DNA from: Mizuhopecten yessoensis
Taxonomy: Eukaryota
NCBI RefSeq assembly: GCF_002113885.1
Contig: NW_018407050.1
Location: 333,053-397,052, forward strand
Direction of reading: 5' to 3'
Length of the DNA stretch: 64,000 nucleotides
In this document: piece by piece, positions 13,904-27,089 of the stretch
Position numbering within the stretch: position 1 is the first letter of the stretch
Layout: the number at the start of each line of letters is the position of its first letter
Notes under the pieces: model-generated
What the model was told of the DNA's origin: nothing
The model's database searches: none
The model's input: the letters and a program-made list of their open reading frames with translations, nothing else
Program-made: the position numbers and the translations under genes

Positions 13904-15700
13904 TTATATCGGTCTTAATCTTATTAAAGCTTGTGTTTTATTGTTATTCCTCGATATTGTCGACTTTAAATTAAGTTTTTCGTATCTGAAATCTCATTCT
14001 GAAAGCCGTATGATGAATCAGTAAATATCCGAGACCAACAAAAGCTACGCTCTTTCAAGGCTTTGCCTTTTCATACTAAACTACATTTTGAATACAATTA
14101 TTTTAGAAGAATGATTTTTTTCAAAAAGTGATTTCCCCAGATTTTGGACTTGTGAAAACCATCAAAAAACGCTAAAAAATGCAAAACAAACATGATTTTT
14201 TACCCACAATTTGGCCCACGCAAGTGCTATTCTTTTTCTTAAAACCTGTCTTAAATTAAATATCACCTATTCGGTAACAGAAATACTCAAGTTTTAGTAT
14301 AGGTTGTTCAACTGGATTTTTACACAAAATTTTCACATCTGCTGATTACAAAAATAGACTACATGAAAAACTAGCTTCTGTTGTGGAGACACAGATTTGT
14401 AAATGGCCAAAAATGTAATCTCAAACCAAATTCACAAAAAAATACATGATACATGTAATATTACAGGGGTTATTCATTGTACAAATATAACACCCATGGC
14501 CACCGTACGCTACTGTACACTGCTAAGGAGGCAGTACCCAAATCGGATCACTTTTTGCAAAAATACTTATAAATAAATAAATGTGTCAACAAATCAGTTA
14601 TAACAATGATGTAGTCTTAGAATCGATAGCCATACACCATTTTTTGTCTACAGATGATTAGTTTTTAAGTTCAAATAGCGCAAGAAAACGTAATTCAAGC
14701 TCAAATGTCAATGTTTTGATTACGTTTTTAAAAAATGGTGCGTGCGACGACTATGCATTCCGTTTTGGACTATAGGAATAAATTCACACTATAGAAATAC
14801 TTTTTGACATATCAATTATAAATATAAAGGTCATCATAAAATGTTAATATGCTGACAAAACAATATTCATTTGAATTGTAAGATACTGCAAAATTCAAGA
14901 CTTGATCCGATTTGGGACCTGACATTCGCAAAAACCGGAGACGCTGATTGGTGACTTCAGAGCGTTCTATAAATACCTCAAGTGAGCCCCGGTGCTAATT
15001 TCGTTTGTAAAACTCTCATCGATATTCCTCCTTTGATACAACCATAACTGAATATAATTCCTCCTGATATTTTTCAATGATTTAATAAAATAATCGTTCG
15101 GTAATCCGAACTGTCACCTTACCTGTATACAGAAGTAATAACATTTAAAAATACTTAGCAAACCTACCACAAAGTCCTTGCTGCTATCAGACCGTATATT
15201 TGATAAAAGTCAAAGGACTTTGAACTCATATCAGTAGGTCAATTTTGCAGGTTTTCGGCAACGACGCTAAACCGGGAAGTTATATTACCTGCAGAGTTAC
15301 ATACTGAGCTATAGGTCACACCTGTATAGATAACTAAAACCGGCATGCGCATGGAGGGCGATAGATAATAAAGCAGTCACTTTGGGCTGAATCTATAAGT
15401 ATCAAGACATTTCGAAATAACAACTAACTTGTAATTTATGGTTTGACATAGACGTTAAACATTGTCATTGTATGCCGACTGCCTGACATTGGAAACAAGG
15501 TGAGAGATGATGGTAACTTATGTTTTCCCATGATATTTTTAAACATATCCTCCAACACATTCATTCAGACAGGAACAGGCGAACCACTACTGATTAGTGA
15601 ACCTAAGGTTTCATTTCCCGATGTCAGACAAACTGCCTCACTGTGAAATCAATTTCCTTAAGTCCATTATCCTCAAGAGATTTTATATCTCGTCACTAAA

Positions 15701-17329
15701 ATGGCCACGCCTCAGTACAAAGGACAGCTTACTTCCCGTATCAAAGGTCAAACCACTTGTATGTATCACAAGGATAGAAAACTGGACATTTACTGTGAAG
15801 AATGTCAAGAACTAGCTTGTACCAAATTCCTGTCTACTGTACATAAGAAACATCCTTTGTGTGACCTTAGTGAAATTACTCCAAAAATGAATCAAGAGAT
15901 TCAAAACTTCATCGACAAAACCGAGAATGTTGACCTTGTACAAATTGACCAGTACATCACTGCTACTGATACACATCTAAAGGACAATACCAGCCACTTT
16001 GAAAAACTTTCCCAACAGTTGAAGAAACAAACGAAGAAAATAAACCAAGATCTTAACCAGCTTTCAGCTCAGACTCTGTCTCTCTATCAACAAATGGAGG
16101 AGGATAACACCAAGCTACTACAAACCTACAAACAGGACCTGGAAATGTATAGCACACAGCTAAAACAACAAGTACAGGAATGTAAGAAAGCACTTCAGGG
16201 CGGCTCTGACATACATATCTACGACACAGGACGTGATATTCAATCCCCTGTCACTCTCCACGTTAAACCTACCCTGGGTACTGCAAGCTTCAATCCGAAC
16301 CGAAATCCTAAGGGTCACCTGGAACAAGCCTTGGGAAAAGTGGATACGTCAAGTAAAGGTCGGGGTCAAACCTCTTTTCGATCCGATCAGTCATGTTCTG
16401 GACATGAACTACCCCCTACACAGAAGTCGTCAGAACGTACAGTTAGGAGACCAAGTACACAACAGAGTTCAAGAAAAAGAAATGAAGTGATCGATCCAGT
16501 ATATACCCTATTGCCTCAGACAACGGTGTTGGGGGAGTGGGTGTCTCCATATTATATGACTTCTGTATGTCCCACCACTGATGGTCAGGTGTGGACTAGT
16601 GCCTTTTTCACTGGCACTATAAATCTCCTAGACAGGAAAGGGAACGTTATACAGGAGGTTACACACAATGCTGATATTACAGACATAGGTATGTCACCTA
16701 CAACTAACACACTGTGGATCTGTGACAAAAACAACAACATCACAGAGCTCGGGTCAGGACGACTAGTATTACGATTCAGCACCAGAGAGAAACCACAGTG
16801 TATCTGTATTACAGCTAGTAATCATGTCATTGTGGGGACGGACAAACACATCTCAAAATTTACCACAAATGGTAAACTGGTACTTACTTCATCAGCTTCA
16901 AGGACTGGGAAACCATTAGTGTGTACACCATACAGGGTCTCAGAGTGTCCTGTCACTCACAATGTTGCAGTGGCTGACAGTGACAGTGAAGATGATGGTG
17001 GTAAAGGGAAACCACGTGTTATTGTCATGGACACAGATTTCAAGGAATTATTTGAATATGATGGTAAAGTCCCAGATACATATCAGCCAACATCACAGTC
17101 AGGAGGTCAACCATTTAACCCCTGTGGTGCAGTGTATGACACTGTGGGTAACCTCGTCATCGGGGACTTTAACAATAAGAGTGTCCTACTCATCAGTGGG
17201 CGTTGTGAATTCCTAAGGATCATATATACACATGACTACTGTACCTATGCTGTTGAAGTAGACAAGAATGGTGTTCTATGGGCAGCGTTTGGGGGTTACT
17301 ATGTCCAACGACTACAGTATCTGCATTAA
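15701..17329 (+). CDS. RING-less TRIM-like protein (B-box2, coiled coil, NHL-like propeller), copy 2, 542 aa, uninterrupted CDS
   Basis: Long ORF, collinear paralog of copies 1 and 3. NHL-like blades such as FNPCGAVYDTVGNLVIGDFNNKSVLLIS. B-box Cys43 is replaced by Phe. Confidence 0.9.
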   Translation: MATPQYKGQLTSRIKGQTTCMYHKDRKLDIYCEECQELACTKFLSTVHKKHPLCDLSEITPKMNQEIQNFIDKTENVDLVQIDQYITATDTHLKDNTSHFEKLSQQLKKQTKKINQDLNQLSAQTLSLYQQMEEDNTKLLQTYKQDLEMYSTQLKQQVQECKKALQGGSDIHIYDTGRDIQSPVTLHVKPTLGTASFNPNRNPKGHLEQALGKVDTSSKGRGQTSFRSDQSCSGHELPPTQKSSERTVRRPSTQQSSRKRNEVIDPVYTLLPQTTVLGEWVSPYYMTSVCPTTDGQVWTSAFFTGTINLLDRKGNVIQEVTHNADITDIGMSPTTNTLWICDKNNNITELGSGRLVLRFSTREKPQCICITASNHVIVGTDKHISKFTTNGKLVLTSSASRTGKPLVCTPYRVSECPVTHNVAVADSDSEDDGGKGKPRVIVMDTDFKELFEYDGKVPDTYQPTSQSGGQPFNPCGAVYDTVGNLVIGDFNNKSVLLISGRCEFLRIIYTHDYCTYAVEVDKNGVLWAAFGGYYVQRLQYLH

Positions 17330-18143
17330 TATGTAACAGGACAAACTACAATGTGTGTATCTAGTAACCATGACAACAAACACTGATATTTTGATCGAAG
17401 TTGTCATGATACTCGATAAACTTCATAAATAGAGGATCTTACATTCGTGTCCGTTTCATATTGAATTTATTAAAAGAGTTTAATAATTTGATGTCGTATT
17501 GGATTTATTGAACAAATGGGGCTCAATGAGGGAATACAGTGATAAATGTTTAAAACCTGCGATTGGAGGAATTTTAGCTACATTTTGTGTGGAGCATCTT
17601 TTAGCAAGAGGAGGTTTATTTTGCATAAACAGAGGGTGTGGCTCTCCTAGCGGGCAGAGGAGCGCGGCCCAATAGGGACAACATAACAATAAATGTTTAA
17701 AATCCTTTTCCTTCAACACAATGAGAAAGGTTTTAACCAACTATTGTGTATAGCATCCTTGGGCAAAGGGGAGTCAGTATTTTTAAACAGAGAGTGACTC
17801 CCCATCTAGGGATAGAAAGGTGGGGCCTAATAGGGATCTTAAAAATCCCTCCTTCACACGATTGGAAGGATTTTAATCAAATTTGGTGTAAAGCATCTTT
17901 CGGCAAAGGGGACTTGATTTGTATATACTAATAAGGTGTCACAATGAGATAGCAAAACCCAGTACAGTCTTACATCACCTAACAATGCTCATTTGTTTGT
18001 GACGTCATCATGCGCTGTTTAAGTGACGTAGTATTAGATATAGGCAACAAATAACAAAACTGTTAGAAATATCAATCATGATGTCATTTTTTTTCTTTTT
18101 TCAAACAAGCATCAAATGCTTTTGCTAACGCCATGATACTTAA

Positions 18144-18234
18144 TTAACTCATTCACCCCTGAAATTTCATAATGAACTATTCACACTTTTGATTTGGAAG
18201 AGTTCAAATGTGTCATCAGGGGTGAATGAGTTGA
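18144..18234. mobile_element. ~90-bp TTAA-flanked piggyBac-type MITE; relatives at ~34678, 40287, 47876, 57235, 57427, 63262 and 63554
   Basis: ttaactcattcacccctga...tcaggggtgaatgagtt; a second subfamily reads ttaaccctttcacc...gaaagggttaa. Confidence 0.75.
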
Positions 18235-21028
18235 ACAGAACAAAGTCGCTTTAATGATTGAATTTCTGTATTATATAACAACAGGTGTGTCTTTGATAGG
18301 AATATACATTTACAGCTACCTGTATGTTGTAACGATGCAATCTTTTGATCCGAGTGTTATTAGTAATAGTAGCAATGTCTGGCAAGTAGTAAACTAAATG
18401 CGATCCCCTGAGGCAATCCCTAGTATGATATATGTATCTAAATCTTCATGCTTAACAATTGTTTTGTAATAAGGGTGGGGATCTCAACTGTTTAAATTCT
18501 TCGACACAGCAGTTAAATCTCCATGGATGGGGCCGAACCCTGAGACCATCCTGGTAGAATGTGTGTGTATTCGTTTCAGCAATTGTATATGTGGTTATAG
18601 GTTGGGGGATCTTATTTTTTCCCGAGCTAAAAACTCTATCCAGCCCCGCCCCTCATCCCTAGGTTCATCCCTTCAACGGGGTTGAAAATAATTTTAAATA
18701 TATTGTTTCACCTTTCCTCAACAAGTGACGGATAGTCTTCATAGTAATTAAGTTTGAGAGAGATGATTTTGTTAATTTCATCAAATAATGTTGATATGCC
18801 AAGATTCCAAATTGTCTGTGTTGTGTTTTGCTTTTGTTGTGGGTTTTTTCAAAAGAGAAAATGGTCTTAAAAGACAATTATCCATTTTGAGACAATACCT
18901 CTAGATACTACACTGATTTGTTGTATTTTTTAAAATCATCTTTTACAAGAGCAAGATTTAAATAAAGAGATCCAGTTATCTTTGAACCGGTGATATTTTC
19001 ATCTAATAAGTAAACATATCTTGTTGTTAAAACTTCTTCAGACTGAAATAAAACAGCAGTAAAGGAAGATGTGTCATTAAAACTCAATAATGACATCACA
19101 ACGTGTCACTACATGTCAGTCAATGTACCCTGAGTGTGAGACATTAACCTACAGGACTTAATGATGAAAAATATGTGATAATTTAATTTCTAATGACTTC
19201 TTAAATCCATATACAAATTACCTGATATATTTGATGGACAGTCACCGTGAGCATACTTGCCAACTCTCCCTATTTAGGAGAGAGACTCTCGATTTTGGAC
19301 CCTTAAATTTGGTAGTTTCAACTAGAGAGTTTTCTAAACTACACTTTTGTTCTAAGATCTAATGAGACAACTCAAAATATGTCATTTTAAAGGGTTATTT
19401 TGTCTCTAGGGGGGGTTATACACACATTTTATTTCTGTTTTAATTTTGAGCATGCAGAATCTCCCCCATGGGAATGTCAGAATTTGGCAAGTATGCATGA
19501 GACATTTTCAATATGGAAAAAAATCTGTTGGTTTTTTTCCGTGGTATTCTTCGAAATGATAATAAATCTATGTTTCACAAATAGGTTTCTGAACTTATCA
19601 TAATTTAGTAATAATTAAAATACAGTGTGGTGTATATTATAAGTGTGCTTCTTTTGTATATATTTAAAAAAAAGTAATTATTATGAGATTATCAATACTT
19701 AGTGATTAAATAGAGAATTTATGCTTTAACCTTTGTTGATTTGTTTTTAAACATGGAATTCAATATTTACTCTATTTATAAAGATCACTCCCCACCAAGA
19801 AACCACATGTACACCAACCAAAGGGTGGTCTCTTAACACAGGTTTGATTTATCTTACAAACCCTGTATGTTCTGAGATTATTTTACTTATTTCAGTTGAT
19901 CGTGACTACACTACAATCTGTTTATATGTTATTACCATACCAGACAGTGTATAAGTTAAAGTAATACAGTTTAACATATCATACAATGATACATGATACA
20001 TCTAAATGTGAAAAAGTGTTGAAATTAATTAAATATAACATTTCATAATTCTCCACAACATAATTTTATGACTTTCATAAAACATGTCTGGAAATTTGCA
20101 TTCGAAAGGAAGGATGGATAAAAAATAACGAGGACAGATGGAAACAATCCAGTAAGATTAAATACTTTATGGAGTTAATGTATGACTTTTTTTAATAAAT
20201 GGTAAGGTCTAAAATGTGTCTAAATCAAATCAAATATATTTTAATAAAAATAAACTAAAATTAAATTCTTATCCCGATAGTATTTTTCTCAAATTTCCCC
20301 TCCCCATTATATGGTATACGCTATGGTACGCCTCCCCCACCCAATACATCTTCATATGGGTCTTCAGTTACACACATGATTGACACCTGGAGGGCTATAA
20401 CCAATTGGCGCTTGTAAATCTTACAATAGTATGATTCAGTTCTTGGTCCTCTGCCAGTGACAAAACACACACGTGTTGTATATATGAAACACAAAACACA
20501 TTTTTCATTTGTTTTTATATTTCATTACGTGATGACTGAGCGCCGTGTAGATACTATATTCGCCCATTACCCACTCGCCCTGGCAGTGTCTCAATAAAAG
20601 GTCAGTTAAACACCTGAAAAGGGCAGATTATATAGAAATACCTGTGGTGTACTTCAATGTTTCCTCCGAGTTTAGCTGCTAAGCTTGGTCAATTGTTGAA
20701 TTTCACAACATGTTTAAAAGCTCCAGTGTTGACACATGTACTGCATAAAAAACTGAAGAAGATATATTGACATGTGATATAATTACTTAACACAGTACTT
20801 TGACGGACCTATGACCTTAGGTGACCGATAGGTATATACATTGTGCTTTCGTATAGCTTTAATTAGTTTATAATATGAGCAAGTGATTCGGCTATTTTTT
20901 ACGTACAACATGTGGAAATGAAAAATACGCTGAATTTTAATTCAATTGACATAGGACATTTATGGCAGTATGAACACTAAAAGTCATCTACATTTAGTAA
21001 ACACAGTATAATGTGACGTAGATGATAT

Positions 21029-22263
21029 ATTATGGATAACTGATTATGAATTACTGATTATGGATAACTGATTATGAATTACTGATTATGAATTACTGAT
21101 TATGAATTACTGATTATGGATAACTGATTATGAATTACTGATTATGGATAACCGATTATGAATAACTGATTATGAATTACTGATTATGGATTACTGATTA
21201 TGGATAACTGATTATGAATTACTGATTATGAATAACTGATTATGGATAACTGATTATGAATTACTGATTATGGATAACTGATTATGGATAACTGATTATG
21301 AATTACTGATTATGGATAACTGATTATGAATTACTGATTATGGATAACTGATTATGAATTACTGATTATGAATTACTGATTATGGATAACTGATGATGGA
21401 TAACTGATGATGGATAACCGATTATGAATTACTGATTATGAATTACTGATTATGGATAACTGATTATGGATTACTGATTATGGATAACTGATTATGAATT
21501 ACTGATTATGAATAACTGATTATGGATAACTGATTATGAATTACTGATTATGGATAACTGATTATGAATTACTGATTATGAATAACTGATTATGGATAAC
21601 TGATTATGAATTACTGATTATGAATTACTGATTATGAATTACTGATTATGGATAACTGATGATGGATAACTGATGATGGATAACCGATTATGAATTACTG
21701 ATTATGAATTACTGATTATGGATAACTGATTATGGATAACTGATTATGGATAACTGATGATGGATAACCGATTATGATTTACTGATTATGAATTACTGAT
21801 TATGGATAACTGATTATGGAATACTGATTATTGATAACTGATCATGAATAACTGATTATGGATAACTGATTATGGATAACTGATTATGAATTACTGATTA
21901 TGGATAACTGATTATGGATAACTGATTATGGATTACTGATTATGGATAACCGGTTATGAATTACTGATTATGAATTATTGATTATGGATAACTTATTATG
22001 GATTACTGATTATGAATAACTTATTGTGGATAACTGATTATGAATTACTGATTATGGATAACCGATTATGAATTACTGATTATGAATTATTGATTATGGA
22101 TAGCTGATTATGGATTACTGATTATGTATTACTGATTATGAATTACTGATTATGGATAACTGATTATGAATTACTGATTATGGATAACCGGTTATGAATT
22201 ACTGATTATGAATTACTGATTATGGATAACTGATTATGGATAACTGATTATGAATTACTGATT
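21029..22263. repeat. 14-bp minisatellite (ATTATGGATAACTG / ATTATGAATTACTG), roughly 88 units
   Basis: Directly visible; two interspersed unit variants. Confidence 0.95.
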
Positions 22264-23640
22264 GATATGTATCCTCAGACTATTATACGGTATTTTAATT
22301 GTGATCAAGAAGCTAAGATGGGAAAGTGAAATAATAAAAATTATCATCCGGTACCGTCTTTAAAATCTTTCGCGCTTTAAAGTGACAAATTTGTGAAATA
22401 AGACAACTTTTATAATATATCATGGTTGGACGCCTAGTGAAGCCCCGTCTTCCTGTTGCAGTACGCATTACCTTCAAACTGACAATGTCTGAAGTGATAT
22501 TTCAATTGTTTTCTAAACCATAACATGTCGGGGTATCACATCAGCAGCACATTCCCTACTTCTTTTTATATGCAGTACCCACGTGTGTAACAGAAGCACA
22601 CACATACAGGGGTTAGGATTTAACATTGTACAGCTTTTTAGATAACTTCAAAACATTTTAATTGTACAAGCCATCTTCAGACCTTTGATTACAATTACAA
22701 TGAGGATGTTCGCTTGGCGACTTAGGTCTGTAACAATTCACACTGGACACCTTTTCTTGCATATCTATAGCTTTAATAAATCATTTCTGAAATTTTACCT
22801 TCAAAATGTGGAAAGGTCCACGGAAAAAATAAACACAAAAATTCATCATCATCAGCATATGTCATGTAATAAGATAGCAACGCAATAAAAAGTATCCAAG
22901 CCGGGGTTCGAGCCCTGGACCTCAGAGCTCGTTAGAGTCGCTTTATCAACCCCGAACAACATGGTCACTTACCGGCCTAGTCCCGATAGTTATATCCAAA
23001 CCGAAATCAAAGGGAGATCAATCAATATCAGACAGGTGATATCAGAACATGTACATTAATCACATGACGTCCATGCTACGAGTGTTATAATACATGACTA
23101 TTGTTATGAACACACGTGTAATAACACATTGGAGGGTTTTGATTGGTCAATTTATTCTCATTTCGGGTGTGTTGCCGATCAAAATTACAATAGTCACATA
23201 TGATCGCTTACCTTGTTTTGTCTAAGTGGAAGTCTGTACAAACAGCATATAACACAAATTATCTCTATTGTTTCTAGATCAGTCACTACTTTTTTCTCTA
23301 GAACAAGTCTAACAATATATTCTTCAACATCATTATTAAGACTTTTAATTTTGAACCACAGCCAACTTTATAAACACCGAGTCTTTTTTGCGATAATACC
23401 TAGTTCTTAAACATAATTTTATCGAAATGACTTTGATCCTGATCGAAAGGAAAGACAACGTTTAGGTATTTATAATGAATATATCATTACCAAAATGTAG
23501 CTACGTATTAGAAAATGTGGTTTTCGGACATGATTGTAACTTTAATAAATAATTTTTGAAAAGAAAATATACCTTGTAGGATTTTTGGGGAAAGTAAAAA
23601 AAAAATAATGAAATATCACCATCACCAACAGTGTTCTGAC

Positions 23641-23737
23641 TGTAACAAAAATAGCGAGCATGGACTAGGATTTGAACCCAGGACCTTTGATTATTATACT
23701 GTGGCTCTGACCAACTGGGTAACCTTGAGGTGCTACA
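23641..23737 (-). mobile_element. Solo-LTR-like sequence with a tRNA-like core
   Basis: Minus strand TGTAGC...TACCCAGTTGGTCAG (A box)...GGTTCAAATCC (B box)...TTTTTGTTACA. Same layout as the LTRs at 48628-48990. No TSD seen. Confidence 0.55.
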
Positions 23738-25517
23738 GGTATATCCAGAACTAAAACAGGTTACTGTTTTTATATATATATATATGAAAGACACGCTACA
23801 GTAAGACAAGTATCCTTAAGCTGTATTTACTGGGTTATTATTATAATTACACAATCATCATGATTACATATCCTATCTTTAAATACACATAATGACCACT
23901 TGATAGCGTGATCTAGTTTATAATTGTGTAAGGAATTCAAAAAGCTTTCTTAAAAACATTTTTTGGCAAATCCTTTCATGTGGAATTATCAAGCACACAT
24001 AATGGCCTAATTATTATTATGAATACATATCATGACCACTCGACAGCATGGTCTTGTTTATAATAAGTCTTAAGAATTCAGATTTTACACCTGAAAATTC
24101 ATTTTTGTCAGGTCTTTGCAAAACATTAAATATAAGTTCATGTTTGGCAACACTTCGTTTTAGAAAGAAACGTTAGAACATTATTTAGAAAATTACCAAA
24201 ATGTTTGTTACTTCTAAGAAAAATTCTGAATACATCACTATTTTGACAATTGGACAAAAGCCAAGGAAGACACAACAAAAATAAATGCTTTTGTAATGTC
24301 ATTACTGTATGCATATGCTAAGGAAGGTAGTAGGCATTTCAGTTTGTTCTCCGAACTCTTTAAACATAATACTAGCCAGGTGGCTTTAAGAAAATATATT
24401 TTCTGGTGTAAATGTTTCTGTCACTATTCATCATGATCTATATGGCATTAAACATTTGTGAGTTTCGACCCTAATGCAACGTGAGGTACAGAGCAAATGT
24501 CAAATTTCATGTCTTAGCCAAGGTCAAAGTTCAACAAAAAAACGGAGTTTTTGTTGTCGTATTTCCTCCGTCTTCATATCTTTGGTAATGTTGTGTACCA
24601 GTCTAGATTATTTAGCACACCATCTTTCCAACGGTACCAAGCATTTTTTCGTACAACAAATAGAAATGTGGGGGGAGTTGCCTACTATGTTTAAAGTAGC
24701 GCATCAAGATGTCTAGTACGGCAGGAAGTAGGAGGAGGGCGCGTCTACCACATCCAGGCTGTCCTGTGACCCTAGCCTACTCTATTGTGTTTGTTTTGTT
24801 CTACATTTTGGATGTCCGTCTAATCATCTTAATACATTAATCTGATCTAACCTAACCCTATCCTCTGTGTCGGCGTTATCACGCCTACTCTTTCGTGCAG
24901 GATGGACCTTCCCACACGGGACACCGTTTATACGCGATTTGACTAATTGATTGACTGAATGATTTGTTTTACGTCCTTTTTTACTACAGAGAAGTTCGGT
25001 TATCCAGCAGACGAAGAAAAGACAGGGAACTGCATAGAAGGGATAAAGAATAGAGTGAAGGGATATAAAAAAAAAGATTGGGGAGAGAAGGAGCCGTCTA
25101 TCCTATATGTATTTCACGTATAAATCTATTTTTTTGTAAGACGGTTCCTAGGCCTAATATAAATTTGCCTTACCCTATCACTAGTCGTGTGGCAGCACCA
25201 AGCCTGTAACGGAAGTTAGGTGCATGAGCCGCCGCCAGTCACACCAGCTCCTGACTATTTCATAAATTTTGTTTGGTATATATTCAAACCAATTTGTAGT
25301 TACAAATGTGCAAATACAATTTTGAATTTGAATTTGAATTTATATTTTTGAATTCCTTCTTAATGTCTAATAAAGAGAACCTAGTTCTAACGGCCGAAAA
25401 TAAATCTTACACTATATTAGTATATACTGTTCATGAGATCCACGAGGTCTGGAATCTCCTCCTCTGTGCCCCACTCCCTTATCACATTGAATATCGACTG
25501 AACAACTCTTAATACGC

Positions 25518-25870
25518 GGTTGGTTGGTTGGTTGGTTGGTTGGTTGTTTGTTTGAGTTGTGTATTGTCTACACTTCACTGACGATGTCGCCGCGGTTGGT
25601 TGGTTGGTTGGTTGTGTTTTGTCTACACTTCACTGACGATTTCGCCCCGGTTGGTTGAGTTGGTTGGTTAGTTGAGTTGTGTATTGTCTACACTTCACTG
25701 ACGATGTCGCCGCGGTCGGTTGAGTTGGTTGGTTGGTTGAGTTGTGTATTGTCTACACTTCACTGACGATGTCGCCGCGGTTAGTTGACTTGGTTGGTTA
25801 GTTGAGTTGTTTATCGTCTACACTTCACTGACAATGTCGCCACGGTTGGTTGGTTGGTTGGTTGGTTGGG
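25518..25870. repeat. ~58-bp tandem repeat built around (TGGT)n
   Basis: Five copies of gtctacacttcactgacgatgtcgccgcgg separated by ggtt tracts. Confidence 0.85.
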
Positions 25871-26329
25871 TGACGGGTTTATCGCCTTGATTGATTGATA
25901 GGTTTTACGTCCGCTTCACTACCGAGTAGTTCGCGGTTATACAGCAGACGAAGGTTTATCGCCTGTTTTGATTTAAGGTTTTACGTCCACTATTACGGTC
26001 TTGTGGCCTTTCAGCAGTCGAGAAAAGATAGAACTAAATGAAACTGGAAGGGGGCCTTCGTGAATACCCCCGCTTTGATTGAGCAGGAATAGGTTGGAGT
26101 GATGGGCATGTGGATTGAAAGAATCAAGTGAGGAGTTTATATGCTGCAAGTATTTTCACTGAAGGTAGTTTGATACAGGACAACGTAGTATATACATGTA
26201 CATGTATATAGCACATGAATAGGATTAAGATGAGGGTGTTTCTGTGAGTATATGTGAATTGCGTGCGATTCATGAAGCAATTGATGCTAAGAAATAAATT
26301 CTTTTGAATGTATACGTTTATCAGGCGAA

Positions 26330-26892
26330 TCACATTCTGATAGGTTGAAGGTCGCAGTAACCACAAAGCAGGAGATATGCTCGAAAAACCTTGCAAACCT
26401 TTCAGACCCTAAGTCTCACGTTACGTAGGTCAAAGGTCACATTAGAGGTCAAGGGGACCTACATATGGTTCGCAACACACCGCCTTCCATGCATGTACCC
26501 ACAAACCAAGATAACCGTAGGTGAAATAGTACCGGAGATATGCTCCGGAAACCTTTCTGGCGACATTATGTAGGTCAGAGGTCATGGTGACCTACATATG
26601 GTACGCGACACACCGCCCTTCCATGCATGTACCTACAAACCAAGATTCATAACCGTAGTTGAAATAGTACGGTAGATATGCTCCGGAAACCTTTCTGGCG
26701 ACATTATGTAGGTCAGAGGTCACGGTAGAGGTCACAGTGAATATACATATGGTACGCGACACATGGCCTTCTATGCATGTACCCACAAATAGCACAGGAG
26801 ATATGCTTCGGAAACCTTTCGGACGGACACACGGACGGCCGGACGAAGCAAACACTATATACCCCGACTTCGTCGAAGCGGGGGTATAAAAA
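26330..26892 (-). mobile_element. HINE/pearl-like Helentron derivative with ~135-140-bp internal tandem repeats
   Basis: Terminal hairpin ataccccgacttcgtcgaagcggggtataaaaa, adjacent GGAC/GTCC microsatellite, and three internal repeats. Confidence 0.7.
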
Positions 26893-27089
26893 GGAAAATA
26901 GAAGGTACAAAGAATGTAGAGAAAGGAGGGAAGGGGAGACGGTAGACGTGGAGGAGATAGGAGTCGTCTGTCCTTTATCGTCAAATGTACAATCTCCTCC
27001 ACCACTCTGCTTAGGTTTCGGTGAACGTAAATTGAACATTTTGCACACTAAACTTAGACATCAGGGTAGTCCACTTAAAAATGATTTTT

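Larger units (their letters stand above)
11845..14075 (+). mobile_element. Non-autonomous Helentron/HINE-like element with nested inserts
   Basis: 12-bp inverted repeat aagagcgtagct (11847-11858) / agctacgctctt (14043-14054), followed by the hairpin aaggc-ttt-gcctt and a T run. Confidence 0.55.

Noticed and set aside
22893-22960. tRNA gene (B box-like ggggttcgagccc; also the tRNA-like cores at 23641, 41500 and 48660)
   Set aside because: No complete cloverleaf could be built; these are TE-derived tRNA-like heads.
25518-25870. CTGACGA in each repeat unit as tandem hammerheads
   Set aside because: No stem II or GAAA box follows.
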